From Trueperaceae bacterium (lineage in GTDB: Bacteria; Deinococcota; Deinococci; Deinococcales; Trueperaceae), in assembly GCA_965213705.1 (NCBI GenBank), contig OZ243913.1:512001-576000 (forward strand): DNA of 64,000 nucleotides, written 5' to 3'. This document shows positions 1 to 9,486 of this stretch, one piece after another; the stretch's first letter is position 1; each line of letters opens with the position of its first letter. The position numbers and the translations under genes were made by a program. Below the pieces are notes generated by a model. It saw only the letters and a program-made list of their open reading frames with translations. It had not been told where the DNA came from and did not search any database.

Positions 1-2
1 AG

Positions 3-440
3 TTGGAGGCTATCACCTCGCGCTTCGACCCGAAAAACAAGGAAGCGGTCGCCTACTTGCAACATTTTTTCGCTTCGTTCGGCATCGCCAAACTGCTCAA
101 AAAGGCGGGCGCACAAGACGGCGACGACATCCTGATAGGCGGCGCGCTGTTCGAATACTTCGACGAGGACAAAGCCAAGGCCGCCAAAGCGGCTGAACTG
201 GAAAACGTCGCCGCAGCCGAGGAAAGTTGGCAAGACGACGCCCGGACCGAAGACGAGTCGGTGGCTGCCGACGCGAACGACACCGACCTGGACGATACCG
301 ACCTGGACGATACCGACCTGGATGATACTGACCTGGACGACTCCGACGCTTCCGACGACCTTGGACGTTCCGACGCAAACGAGTCTCGCCGGAACGAGTT
401 CGTCGACAACGACCACGCCGCACGCACCGAAGAAGCTTAG
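3..440 (+). CDS. obgE: GTPase ObgE, C-terminal part (5' truncated by window edge), with acidic low-complexity tail
   Basis: 'RFDPKNKEAVAYLQHFFASFGIAKLLKKAGAQDGDDILIGGALFEY' resembles the Obg C-terminal (OCT/DUF1967) domain; lies upstream of yqeK-LCP-rsfS. Confidence 0.85.
   Translation: MEAITSRFDPKNKEAVAYLQHFFASFGIAKLLKKAGAQDGDDILIGGALFEYFDEDKAKAAKAAELENVAAAEESWQDDARTEDESVAADANDTDLDDTDLDDTDLDDTDLDDSDASDDLGRSDANESRRNEFVDNDHAARTEEA
279..338 (+). repeat. 15-bp in-frame tandem repeat x4 (gayacygacctggay, encoding DTDLD)
   Basis: gacaccgacctggac/gataccgacctggac/gataccgacctggat/gatactgacctggac read directly. Confidence 0.95.
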
Positions 441-634
441 TTCGTGCGGCGAGTACAACGCGTTTGGTGCGGCTCACCCTCGTCCTGGACGTGGAGACGC
501 CCGGTTGAAAGCCGCTCGACGCTCGTGTAAAAAAGTGCAAAAAGTACGCGCCAGACGTATTTTGCGCTATACTGAGCGCAGCTCGAGGCCCGGCCTGAGG
601 TTGGGGTGGCGGTAGCCGCTCCAGGCAAGGTTTC

Positions 635-1255
635 TTGACTTCGCTACGTTTGGGAGTACCGTTGTTCGACCCTATCTTTACAGCCGACAACCCCTGCACG
701 CGCGCAAGCGTGAACGCCTACTGTAGCCGCGTCAAGGCCCTGGTGACGCCGCGCCGCTTCGAGCACATCCTGCGGGTTGCTACTTTGGCCGACACGATAG
801 CGCGCGCCAACGACTTTACCCGGGGTGAAATCCGCGTGACGAACTTAGCCGCCGTACTGCACGACGCCGCCCGCGACTTGCCGGCCGAAGAGCTGTTCGA
901 ACTCGCGCCGCCCGAAACCGACCTGGAGCGCGAACACCCGCTCGCGGTTCACGGCCGGGCCGGTCGCAAGCTCGCCGAGTGCTGGGGCGTGACCGACGAG
1001 CGCGTGTTGGAAGCCGTCGAGGGCCACGTCTTCGGCGTGCCGCACGACAACCGCGTCGGCATGGCTGTTTACGTCGCCGACGTGTCCGAGCCGGGCCGCG
1101 GGGTTAACGACGACATCCGCGAACTCGCCATGACAAACCTGTTCCGCGCGTATCAGCGGGCGGTGCAGTCGAAAGTGCAGTACCTGCGCGCCAAGGGCAA
1201 AGCGGTTCACCCCGCGACGCTGCGCGTCTACCAGGAGTTGCGTGAGCTTACGTAA
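635..1255 (+). CDS. yqeK: HD-domain protein, YqeK-like symmetrical Ap4A hydrolase
   Basis: 'RRFEHILRV', 'AAVLHDAAR', 'VHGRAG', 'YVADVSEPGR'; gene neighbourhood fits; start codon uncertain. Confidence 0.8.
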   Translation: MTSLRLGVPLFDPIFTADNPCTRASVNAYCSRVKALVTPRRFEHILRVATLADTIARANDFTRGEIRVTNLAAVLHDAARDLPAEELFELAPPETDLEREHPLAVHGRAGRKLAECWGVTDERVLEAVEGHVFGVPHDNRVGMAVYVADVSEPGRGVNDDIRELAMTNLFRAYQRAVQSKVQYLRAKGKAVHPATLRVYQELRELT

Positions 1256-2582
1256 CGCTCGAGGCTTGCAAGTCCTGGGCATTCTGTTGGCGCTGGCCGG
1301 GCTTGCGGGCTACTGGCTGAACCGTGACGTTCCGGGCAAAGCCGACCTCAACCCGGAACAGTTGGAAGTGTTGGGCATCGCGCCCGAAGAAAAAAACGAG
1401 GTTTTTCACGCGAGTTTCGTCGTGGCCGGGCGTGACTATGACGCCACGATACCCGCCAGCGATTGCCGAAAAGTCAACGGACAGTGCGTACGTGACCGGA
1501 TAGGCGAGTTCCGCATCAGCAAACGCACCGACACCATCATCTACGTCAACATCATCGGCGACAAGATAACTATGATCAACATCCCGCGCGATATTTACTT
1601 GCCACACCAGCAAACGAAAATCAACGCGATGTACCTTTACCAAGGCGCGGCGGGGCTTGTCAAAGAGGTCGAAGAAATCCTCAACCTGCCCGTGGACTAC
1701 TACGCCATCATCAACATCGACATTTTCAAAGAGATGGTCGACGCGCTGGGCGGTGTCACGGTGACGATTCCCGAGCCGGGCATGTACTATACCGACGCCG
1801 CGGCGGGTTTGAACATCGACTTCAATCCGGGTCCCCGACGTTTGGACGGCGAGGACGCCGCCAAGTTCGTTCGGTTTCGCCACACCTCACGCGGCGACAT
1901 CGACCGTATCGACAACGTCAAAAAGCTCGCCTACGCCTTGCTGGCGCAGGTCAAGGCGCTCAACGTGCGCGCGGCGTTCAAGATGCCCGAGCTGTTCGAC
2001 GCCTTGTTCGGCAACGTCGAGACGAACGCCAGCCCCGCGCTTGTAAGAGAGCTGTTGCCGCGCTTGTCACATTTGCAGCTCACCGCCGCAACTCTACCGA
2101 CCTGCTGCGACCGGCGCGACCCGGTGTTCGGGGACATCTTGGAGATAGAACCGTCCGACGTCGAGGCGTTTTTGGCCGATGCTTTCGGGGGCAAGGCGCG
2201 GGTGTTCACGGCCGCCCCCGAGGCGACGTTGTTGGTAACCAACAGCAGCGGTAAAGCGGGTTTGGAAGACCTCTACAAAGCGCGACTTGTCTCTTTGGGC
2301 GTGCCCGAAGAACGCGTCATGACGCGCGTGAGCGCGCTTGACCCCACGCCGACACGGGTGCTGACGACCGCCCAGAATTGGCAAGACGCTGACTTTTACA
2401 CGAGTTTGTTGCAGACCTCGAAACAACAAGTCGACCGCTTTGCTAAACTGGAAGACCGTGAGATAGGTGTAGAACTCGTACTCGGTGAAGACGCCGCCCG
2501 GTCGGCGCTGTCAAGAGCGGGCTTGACCGAAACGCTCGACCCGCTCAGCGTGGCGGCGACCGATACAGAAAGAGGTGACTGA
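1242..2582 (+). CDS. LCP (LytR-CpsA-Psr) family protein with LytR C-terminal domain
   Basis: N-terminal TM, 'RTDTII', 'IPRDIY', 'KINAMY', 'FVRFRH...GDIDRI'. Confidence 0.9.
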   Translation: MSLRNARGLQVLGILLALAGLAGYWLNRDVPGKADLNPEQLEVLGIAPEEKNEVFHASFVVAGRDYDATIPASDCRKVNGQCVRDRIGEFRISKRTDTIIYVNIIGDKITMINIPRDIYLPHQQTKINAMYLYQGAAGLVKEVEEILNLPVDYYAIINIDIFKEMVDALGGVTVTIPEPGMYYTDAAAGLNIDFNPGPRRLDGEDAAKFVRFRHTSRGDIDRIDNVKKLAYALLAQVKALNVRAAFKMPELFDALFGNVETNASPALVRELLPRLSHLQLTAATLPTCCDRRDPVFGDILEIEPSDVEAFLADAFGGKARVFTAAPEATLLVTNSSGKAGLEDLYKARLVSLGVPEERVMTRVSALDPTPTRVLTTAQNWQDADFYTSLLQTSKQQVDRFAKLEDREIGVELVLGEDAARSALSRAGLTETLDPLSVAATDTERGD

Positions 2583-2937
2583 TATAGATACGCTCACTGT
2601 TCCCCAAGAACTCCAACTCATCGTCGACGCGCTCGACGACAAACGAGCCAAAGACATTACCGTGCTCGACCTGAGCGGCGTGTCCGAGACGCTCTCTTAC
2701 TTTGTCGTCGCCACCGCCGAGTCCACGCTGCAAATCAAAGCTTTGGAAGACGGTGTCAAAGAGCGGCTCAAGGCGAACGGTTTCACGCCCAAGGGGATAG
2801 AGGGGCCTTCGAACCGCTGGATTTTGATGGACTACGGCTATATCGTCGCTCATCTTATGAGCGCGGACGCGAGGGAGTTTTATGACCTCGAGGGACTGTG
2901 GGCCGACGCCGCACGGCTTGACGTAAGCCCCAACTAG
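2575..2937 (+). CDS. rsfS: Ribosome silencing factor RsfS
   Basis: 'ALDDKRAKDITVLDL', 'WILMDYG', 'REFYDLEGLW'. Confidence 0.95.
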   Translation: MTDIDTLTVPQELQLIVDALDDKRAKDITVLDLSGVSETLSYFVVATAESTLQIKALEDGVKERLKANGFTPKGIEGPSNRWILMDYGYIVAHLMSADAREFYDLEGLWADAARLDVSPN

Positions 2938-2963
2938 CCGTTTGCGGGCAGGTCTTTTTTGCC

Positions 2964-3305
2964 GTGCCGCGCCACTGGGCCGAAGCTACCGCCAAAACCT
3001 ACCTGCTGGGTCGCGGCTACACCTTTTTGGCGGAAAACTACACCGTGCGCGGTGGCGAACTGGACTTAGTGATGAGACAAGGCGGGGTTGTCGTTTTTGT
3101 CGAGGTGCGCCAGCGCAAAAGCGACCGTTACGGCAGCGCCGCCGAATCAATCACCGCCGGTAAGCTGCAACGGCTCAGAAAAACGGCGCTGCACTACTTG
3201 GTCAGCACCTTTGAGCGAGACGACCTACCGGTCCGCTTCGACGCGGTGCTCGTCACGGGCACCGAAAAGAACTACCGGCTCGAGCACCTGCAAAATATCG
3301 CTTGA
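2964..3305 (+). CDS. YraN/UPF0102 family PD-(D/E)xK protein
   Basis: 'GELDLVM...VVFVEVRQR...GSAAESIT...RFDAV'. Confidence 0.9.
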   Translation: MPRHWAEATAKTYLLGRGYTFLAENYTVRGGELDLVMRQGGVVVFVEVRQRKSDRYGSAAESITAGKLQRLRKTALHYLVSTFERDDLPVRFDAVLVTGTEKNYRLEHLQNIA

Positions 3306-3967
3306 CCCTTGAAGGAGGAGACGTGCGCGTCAAAATCTGTGGGATTACCAGGGTAGAGGACGCGCTCCACGCCGAGGCGGCCGGGGCCGACGCGGTCGGC
3401 TTTATCTTTGCGCCTGAGTCCAAACGCTTCGTGACGCCCGCGCAGGCCGCGGAGTTGAGCGCCGCGCTGGGGCCTTTTATAGGGCGCGTCGGCGTGTTTG
3501 TGAACAGTCCTGCGGAAGAGGTGCTGGAGGTCGCTCAAACTTTACGTCTCCACGCGGTGCAACTTCACGGCGCGGAAGACGCCGCTTACGCGGCGAGGGT
3601 GCGCCGCGACGTCTTCGTCATCAAGGCTTGGTCGTTTCGCGCCGACCTGTCGCTCGAGGCTTTAAAAGCTTTTCCGGCGGACGCAATTTTTCTCGACGGC
3701 CCGAAGCCGGGCAGCGGTGAACGCTTCGACTGGGCGCAGGCGGCTTTTCTAAAAAACCTGCCGCGACTTATCCTGGCGGGAGGTCTGAACCCGGACAACC
3801 TGAGCGCCGGTATCGCCGCCCTCGAGCCCTACGCCGTCGACGTGTCGTCGGGGGTGGAACTGCGGCCTGGCGTCAAAGACCCGGGCAAGATACAAGATTT
3901 TGTACGACGAGCCAAAGACACAAAGTTATCCACAGTTATCCACAGTTATCCACAAGCCTGTGGATAA
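3302..3967 (+). CDS. trpF: Phosphoribosylanthranilate isomerase
   Basis: 'VKICGIT', 'VQLHG', 'LAGGLNPDN', 'VDVSSGVE...GVKD'. Confidence 0.95.
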   Translation: MTLEGGDVRVKICGITRVEDALHAEAAGADAVGFIFAPESKRFVTPAQAAELSAALGPFIGRVGVFVNSPAEEVLEVAQTLRLHAVQLHGAEDAAYAARVRRDVFVIKAWSFRADLSLEALKAFPADAIFLDGPKPGSGERFDWAQAAFLKNLPRLILAGGLNPDNLSAGIAALEPYAVDVSSGVELRPGVKDPGKIQDFVRRAKDTKLSTVIHSYPQACG

Positions 3968-4128
3968 CTCCAGAAGTGCCGTGCCTGTGCCTTTTCAAGG
4001 ACTTCCAGCTCAAGATTTGCGTCTGGGAGGGCGTTTCTGGAAAAACCGCCGCGCGCAAGCGCTTAACAGAAATGTCACAGGCTTGTCAAGGGGCAAGACT
4101 TATCCACAGGCTCGTACTCTTATCCACA
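3926..4128. promoter_or_regulatory. Cluster of six perfect DnaA boxes (TTATCCACA)
   Basis: TTATCCACA at 3926, 3936, 3946, 4100 and 4120; reverse TGTGGATAA at 3959-3967. Confidence 0.9.
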
Positions 4129-4312
4129 AGCGGACTTCGACTGTAAAAAATGTCGTAAACTAGGGCAAAACCGAGGTTCGAACGGCTGAAAAACGGGCTT
4201 TGTAGGATGGGTCTCGCCAAAAACTTTAGGAGGAGTAGGCTGTGAATTTTTTGTTCGAAACCCGGGCGTGTGCAAGACCTGAAGCGGTCGTTGCCAAAGC
4301 AGTGCCGACACC

Positions 4313-5995
4313 GTGAAAAAAGCTCTCAACGACCTGAAAAGCGACCTGAGCTTAGAAGACAGACGAGTCCGGCCTTTTCACGACAACAAAAAAGCTTGGG
4401 CTGTCAGCGCTCGAGCGCTCGAGGGTGACCGGGCGCAAGTAGCCGCAGGCGGCGGTGAAAAAGCCGTCAAACGTCAGCACGGCAAAAACCGCCTCACGGC
4501 CAGGGAACGCATTCACAAACTCGTCGACGCAGGCTCGGACTTTTTCGAACTCATGACCTTTGCAGGCTGGGACATGTACCCGTCCGAGGGCGGAGCGCCG
4601 GCGGGCGGCGTGGTTACCGGCTTGGGCAGGTTGCACGGGCGAGACTGGTTGATAGTCGCCAACGACGCAACCGTCAAGGCGGGTGCCTTTTTCCCTGTCA
4701 CCGCCAAAAAGGTCATTCGGGCGCAGACCATCGCTTTGGAAAACCGCCTACCGGTCGTCTACCTCGTCGACTCCGCCGGTGTTTACTTGCCCATGCAGGA
4801 CGAAATCTTCCCCGACCAAGACGATTTTGGACGAGTTTTTTACCTCAACGCGCGCCTGAGCGCCGCGGGTATTCCGCAGATGGCGGCGATTATGGGCAAC
4901 TGCGTCGCGGGCGGCGCGTACCTGCCGGTCATGTGCGACACGGTCGTGATGACCGAGGGCTCGGGGCTGTACTTGGCGGGGCCGGCGCTGGTCAAAGCGG
5001 CGATAGGGCAAGAGGTCAGCAGCGAGGACTTGGGCGGCGCGGCCATGCACGCCGAAGTCGCCGGGACGGTGGACTATTTCGAGCCCGACGACGAGCACGC
5101 CTTGGAACGCTTGCGCAACTTGGCCGCGACCTACGCGCCCGGTGACGTCGCGCCTTGGGCGAAAAACCGCTCGGAGCCGCGCCCACCTGCCGAGAGTGAG
5201 CAAGACCTGCTCGGCGTCGTTCCGGCCGAGGGCGGCACGCAACCCTACGACGTGCGCGAAGTTATCGCGCGGCTCGTCGACGCCTCGAAGTTCGACGAGT
5301 ATAAGGTCAAGTACGGGCAAACCCTGGTCTGCGGTACGGCGCGTCTGGGCGGGTACGCCGTCGGCATCGTCGCCAACCAAAAAAAGGTCGTCAAAAGTAG
5401 GGGGCGGCTCGAGGTGGGCGGCGTCATTTACGCCGACGCCGCCGACAAGGCGGCCCGTTTTATCCTCAACTGCAACCAAGCGGGCATCCCGATTCTGTTT
5501 TTGCACGACGTGACCGGCTTTATGGTCGGCAAAGAAAGCGAACGTGAAGGCATCATCCGCAAGGGCGCAAAGATGGTCAACGCGGTGTCGAACAGCGTCG
5601 TGCCGCGCATCAGCCTGATTATGGGCGGCAGCTACGGTGCGGGCCACTACGCCATGAGCGGCAAGGCCTACGCGCCGCGCTTTATTTTTGCCTGGCCGAG
5701 CGCGAAGTACAGCGTGATGGGCGGTCAGCAAGCGGCCAAGACGATTCTCGACATCCAGCTCGCCCAACTCAAGCGCCAGGGTGCCGAACCCGACGACGAA
5801 GCGTTGCAAGAGCTGTACGAAACGGTCAAGGCCGACTACGACAAAGCCCTCGACATTCGTTACGGTGCGGCGCGGTTGTGGGTGGACGAGCTCGTTTTGC
5901 CCCAAGAGACGCGCGCCCGGCTTATACGCGCGCTCGAGGCCTGCGCGCAAAACCCGCACACGGAACCGCTCAGGGTCGGCGTTTTTCAGGTTTAA
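4313..5995 (+). CDS. Acyl-CoA carboxylase carboxyltransferase beta subunit (methylcrotonoyl-CoA carboxylase type)
   Basis: 'ANDATVKAG', 'YLVDSAG..LP.QDEIFPD', 'GGSYGAG.YAM', 'ARLWVD'. Confidence 0.9.
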   Translation: MKKALNDLKSDLSLEDRRVRPFHDNKKAWAVSARALEGDRAQVAAGGGEKAVKRQHGKNRLTARERIHKLVDAGSDFFELMTFAGWDMYPSEGGAPAGGVVTGLGRLHGRDWLIVANDATVKAGAFFPVTAKKVIRAQTIALENRLPVVYLVDSAGVYLPMQDEIFPDQDDFGRVFYLNARLSAAGIPQMAAIMGNCVAGGAYLPVMCDTVVMTEGSGLYLAGPALVKAAIGQEVSSEDLGGAAMHAEVAGTVDYFEPDDEHALERLRNLAATYAPGDVAPWAKNRSEPRPPAESEQDLLGVVPAEGGTQPYDVREVIARLVDASKFDEYKVKYGQTLVCGTARLGGYAVGIVANQKKVVKSRGRLEVGGVIYADAADKAARFILNCNQAGIPILFLHDVTGFMVGKESEREGIIRKGAKMVNAVSNSVVPRISLIMGGSYGAGHYAMSGKAYAPRFIFAWPSAKYSVMGGQQAAKTILDIQLAQLKRQGAEPDDEALQELYETVKADYDKALDIRYGAARLWVDELVLPQETRARLIRALEACAQNPHTEPLRVGVFQV

Positions 5996-6398
5996 ACGGC
6001 GGTTGTCGGGGGCGGCCCACTTTCTTGCGAAGGTTCCCCGCGCGACGGACAACCGGTACAGACCGCCGCACACTGTGTGTCGAGAGCGAACTTGGTGACT
6101 CTCAACCCGTGAGACCATCTCTTGCTCGAGCCTTCAACATTGACCGTGTCAGAACCAAAAGTGCTACTCCGCACAAAGTCCGGTAATCCAGTACCCTTCT
6201 GGATAGACAAAAGATACCTGTTTAGAATTCACGCTTTTGTTTATAGTCGGTGGGTAGGAACGCTTGACCTGACAACTTGTGTGCATAGGTTTGCACAGTT
6301 AGATTTGTACAGTGCAGCTGTTCAGACCAAGCGGAGGCGTAACTGTTTGAACAAGCGTTGGCCTACTTTTATGTGTGGACAAGCGAAAGGAGCGGGGT

Positions 6399-6596
6399 AT
6401 GAACTGGGACACCGTCAAGGGTGATTGGAAACAGCTTTCCGGCAAAGTCAGGGAGCGGTGGGGCGAACTCACCGACGACGAAATCGAACAAGCCAGAGGC
6501 GACCGGGACCAGCTTGCAGGTAAAATACAAGAACGCTACGGGGTCACCAAAGAAGAGGCCCAAAAACAAGTTGACGAGTGGGCCAGCAAACACTGA
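6399..6596 (+). CDS. CsbD/YjbJ family stress protein
   Basis: 'MNWDTVKGDWKQLSGKVRERWGELTDD...GKIQERYG'; AAGGAG SD before ATG 6399. Confidence 0.93.
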   Translation: MNWDTVKGDWKQLSGKVRERWGELTDDEIEQARGDRDQLAGKIQERYGVTKEEAQKQVDEWASKH

Positions 6597-6676
6597 CCGG
6601 CGCGTTCGCACTGAACGTTCGCGCCAAACTACGTCGGCTTTTTGGCTCGGCACCTCTCACTTGAAAGGAAGTAGTC

Positions 6677-6922
6677 ATGAATATCATTTTGTGGATAGTT
6701 TTGGGCGCGCTGGCGGGTTGGATCGCCAGTCTCATCATGAAAACCGAACAGGGCCTGCTCGTCGACATCATCGTCGGCATCGTCGGCGCTTTTTTGGGCG
6801 GTTTTTTGTTCAACACTTTCGGGGCGGGGGGCGTGAGCGGCTTCAACCTCTACAGCATCCTGGTCGCCATCGTTGGCGCAGTCGTGCTACTCGCCATCGT
6901 CAAGGCGGTACGGCGGGCTTAG
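6677..6922 (+). CDS. GlsB/YeaQ/YmgE (transglycosylase-associated) stress membrane protein
   Basis: 'WIVLGALAGWIAS...IIVGIVGAFLGG...SILVAIVGAVVLL'. Confidence 0.93.
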   Translation: MNIILWIVLGALAGWIASLIMKTEQGLLVDIIVGIVGAFLGGFLFNTFGAGGVSGFNLYSILVAIVGAVVLLAIVKAVRRA

Positions 6923-6947
6923 CGGGACAACCGCATTCTGATTTGAG

Positions 6948-6986
6948 AAGTTAGCCGCCCCGTTGCGAGGCGGCTGACTTCCTTTT
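6948..6986 (+). terminator. Intrinsic terminator
   Basis: aagttagccgcc...ggcggctgactt stem followed by cctttt. Confidence 0.65.
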
Positions 6987-7204
6987 GTACCCTTTCCGTT
7001 TCATTCCCTCATTAAATGCGAGCAGAGCGAAAAAAATACGGACTAGCGATAAGGAAGCGAACAACTCTTTCAAGGGGAGCTGTAGTATAGGAGCGTATTA
7101 GCTCGAGCTAAAGATTCTTTGCTGCACTCAAAACGACAATCGCTTCTTAAACTTGCTACTTCCGAAGAGGATAAACAGAACCCCGTTTGTCTCGGTGAGA
7201 CCGT

Positions 7205-8350
7205 CTATCCCGAATACGGCCGGCTGAGCTTGCCCGCGACGACCTCGTGACGCGCGCCGGTCGCGCGGGGCACTGTGTTGGGTTGGCCGAACCGTGCGAA
7301 GTAGGCCATGACCGCAAACGCCAAAGCCTCACGGTCTTTGGCGTGCCAAGCTCTAGCTTCGAAGGTCGTGACGGGTATTTCCAGGCGTTCGCGCAGCATC
7401 CTCAGCAGGGTCCGGTTGAGCGCGCCGCCGCCCGCCACCAAAATATCGTCCAAACCTTTGGGCAGCACAAAGTCCCGGTAGGCCCTCGCCACCGATTCTG
7501 CGGTAAAGGCCGTCAGGGTTGCCAGGAGTGCGTGGGGCTCGAGCCCTGCCAGCAGCCCCCCGGCTTCCAGTTCGCGTAAAGAAAAAACCTCACGGCCCGT
7601 GGTTTTTGGGGGGGGCAGTTTGAAGTAGGGATGTTGCAACAGACGTTCAAGGGTAGCCTCGTCCACCTTGCCCCGCGCGGCCAGCTCGCCGCCCTCGTCA
7701 AAGCTCAGGCCGAAGTACCGCTCCGCCGCCTCGTCGACAAGACAGTTGGCCGGCCCGGTGTCGAAAGCGAACACCGCGTTCGGGTGGGCGTCGCTCGGCA
7801 GATAGGTGAGGTTGGAAATGCCGCCCAGGTTGTGAACCGCCCGCGCCGTGCCGGGTGTGGCGAACAGCTTGGCGTCGCCGAAAGCAACCAGCGGCGCGCC
7901 GCCGCCGCCCGCAGCCATGTCGGCTTGACGAAAGTCTGAAAAAACCTCGACCCTGCAACCTTCAGCCACGAGAGACGCTTCGCCGAGTTGCAAGGTGCTG
8001 GGCGTGCGCCAGCCCTTTTTCGCGTCAAGGCGCGGGATGTGATAAACGGTTTGCCCGGACAACGCGACGAGGTCGACGGGGTGCGAGGTTTGCAGGTGCT
8101 GGACCACCTCTTTGTAAACGTGGCCGACCTCGGCGTGAAGTTGGGTGAGTAAAACCACGTCGGACGTTTCGGGCCGAATCGCCCGGTGAAGCCGCTCCCG
8201 CAAGTCGGGCGCGTAGTCGCGGCTGTGGCGGGCCAAAACGTGCCACTCGAGCCTTTGCGCAGTCTGCTCGAGCCGCACCAGCACCGCGTCGACCCCGTCG
8301 AGCGAAGTGCCGGACATGAGGCCGAGGACGTCGAGGGGTCTAAAGTTCAC
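7205..8350 (-). CDS. anmK: Anhydro-N-acetylmuramic acid kinase
   Basis: 'GLMSGTSLDGVD', 'GQTVYH', 'DFRQADMAAGG.GAPL', 'NLGGISN', 'FDTGPAN', 'KTTGRE'. Confidence 0.95.
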   Translation of the reverse strand: MNFRPLDVLGLMSGTSLDGVDAVLVRLEQTAQRLEWHVLARHSRDYAPDLRERLHRAIRPETSDVVLLTQLHAEVGHVYKEVVQHLQTSHPVDLVALSGQTVYHIPRLDAKKGWRTPSTLQLGEASLVAEGCRVEVFSDFRQADMAAGGGGAPLVAFGDAKLFATPGTARAVHNLGGISNLTYLPSDAHPNAVFAFDTGPANCLVDEAAERYFGLSFDEGGELAARGKVDEATLERLLQHPYFKLPPPKTTGREVFSLRELEAGGLLAGLEPHALLATLTAFTAESVARAYRDFVLPKGLDDILVAGGGALNRTLLRMLRERLEIPVTTFEARAWHAKDREALAFAVMAYFARFGQPNTVPRATGARHEVVAGKLSRPYSG

Positions 8351-9411
8351 CGCGTCTCTCCGAGTGCTTGCACGATTTCGTCGTGAAAAGCCCGCCTTAG
8401 CGCGTGAACGCCCTCACCGCCGAAGCGCGTCGGGTGGACGCGGTTGGTGAGGAGCACGGCGAACCAACCCTGCTCGGGGTCCAGCCACAGACTTGTGCCG
8501 GTAAAACCCGTGTGCCCAAAGGCCGCTTTGCTTGCCAAGCCGCCAGCGCTCGAGCCCGCCCCCGCCAGCTGCCAGCCGAGACCGCGCCGCGTTTTTCCGT
8601 CACCGACCTTCTCTTCAATTGCCTCCCGCAGCAGAGCCTCGTCACCAAGTCTCGAGTCCCAATTCAGCCACGCTTGCGCGTACCGCGCCAGGTCACCAGC
8701 AGTCCCGAACAGCCCGGCGTGCCCGGCGACGTGGTTCATCACAAAGGCGTTCTCGTCGTGGACGATACCCTCCAACACTTGCCCACGCCAACCGCAATCC
8801 TCAGTCGCGGCGACGTTGTCGGGGGAAACGGGGCCGTAACGAGTGTCGTTCATCCCGAGCGGCTCGAAGATATATTTTTTAGCAAAAGCGTCCTGCCGCA
8901 AGCCGGAGACGCGTTCGACAATCGCGCCCAACAGGATAAAGCCGAGGTCGCTGTAGACGAACACCCCGGGCGCGTGCTCTATGCCGGTCTGGAGCACGTT
9001 GGCGACAGCGGTGCGGCGCTCGCTCACGGTGGCGAACAGCGGTTTCCAAGCGGGTAAGCCGGAGGTGTGCGTGAGCAACTGCGTTAGGGTCGTTTCGGCG
9101 AGCGACGGTGTCTGAAACCAGCCCGCGTTGCTGAAAAACTTGCTCACTTGGTCGTCTAAGTTCAACACCCCCTCACTGACCAGCCGGAGGACGCTCGGCA
9201 AGGTCGCGACGACCTTCGTCAGCGAGGCGAGGTCGTAGCGGGTGTCAGCCGAAACCGCCGCGCCGCCGTACCGCTTTACGCCGAGAGCGGCGACCTTCTC
9301 CGAGCGGTCGCGCGTTCCCGCGACCACGACCAGGCCGGGGGTCACGCGGGGCGCCGCTTCGGTACTCAGTGCCTGTTTCAAAACAGTTCGGGCTGCCGCA
9401 AAAGCCGTCAT
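8347..9411 (-). CDS. Beta-lactamase-family serine hydrolase (AmiE-like muropeptide amidase candidate)
   Basis: SxxK 'DLASLTK', 'LLTHTSG', 'YSDLGF', 'GHTGFTG', 'LLTNRVHP'; translationally coupled to anmK. Confidence 0.85.
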   Translation of the reverse strand: MTAFAAARTVLKQALSTEAAPRVTPGLVVVAGTRDRSEKVAALGVKRYGGAAVSADTRYDLASLTKVVATLPSVLRLVSEGVLNLDDQVSKFFSNAGWFQTPSLAETTLTQLLTHTSGLPAWKPLFATVSERRTAVANVLQTGIEHAPGVFVYSDLGFILLGAIVERVSGLRQDAFAKKYIFEPLGMNDTRYGPVSPDNVAATEDCGWRGQVLEGIVHDENAFVMNHVAGHAGLFGTAGDLARYAQAWLNWDSRLGDEALLREAIEEKVGDGKTRRGLGWQLAGAGSSAGGLASKAAFGHTGFTGTSLWLDPEQGWFAVLLTNRVHPTRFGGEGVHALRRAFHDEIVQALGETR

Positions 9412-9486
9412 GGGGCAAACCTAACACGTTTGATTTTAATGGTCTAGCAGTGGTACAGTCCTAACCATCGTGCCAGTGAGAGCGAG

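Noticed and set aside
4748..6118. Long antisense or alternate-frame ORFs (e.g. 4748-6118, 17254-18675, 22831-24459, 39809-41011, 48344-49660)
   Set aside because: Shadows of well-supported genes in GC-rich DNA; Arg/Ala/Gly-rich with no motifs
6122..6424. 100-aa ORF upstream of csbD
   Set aside because: TTG start, no SD, no recognisable motif, and it overlaps csbD out of frame
6373..6697. Extra DnaA-like boxes (tgtggacaa, tgtggatag)
   Set aside because: Single-mismatch, isolated, one inside a CDS; expected by chance
8347..9411. Antibiotic-resistance beta-lactamase
   Set aside because: No signal peptide, YSD rather than YxN, and coupling to anmK point to cell-wall recycling
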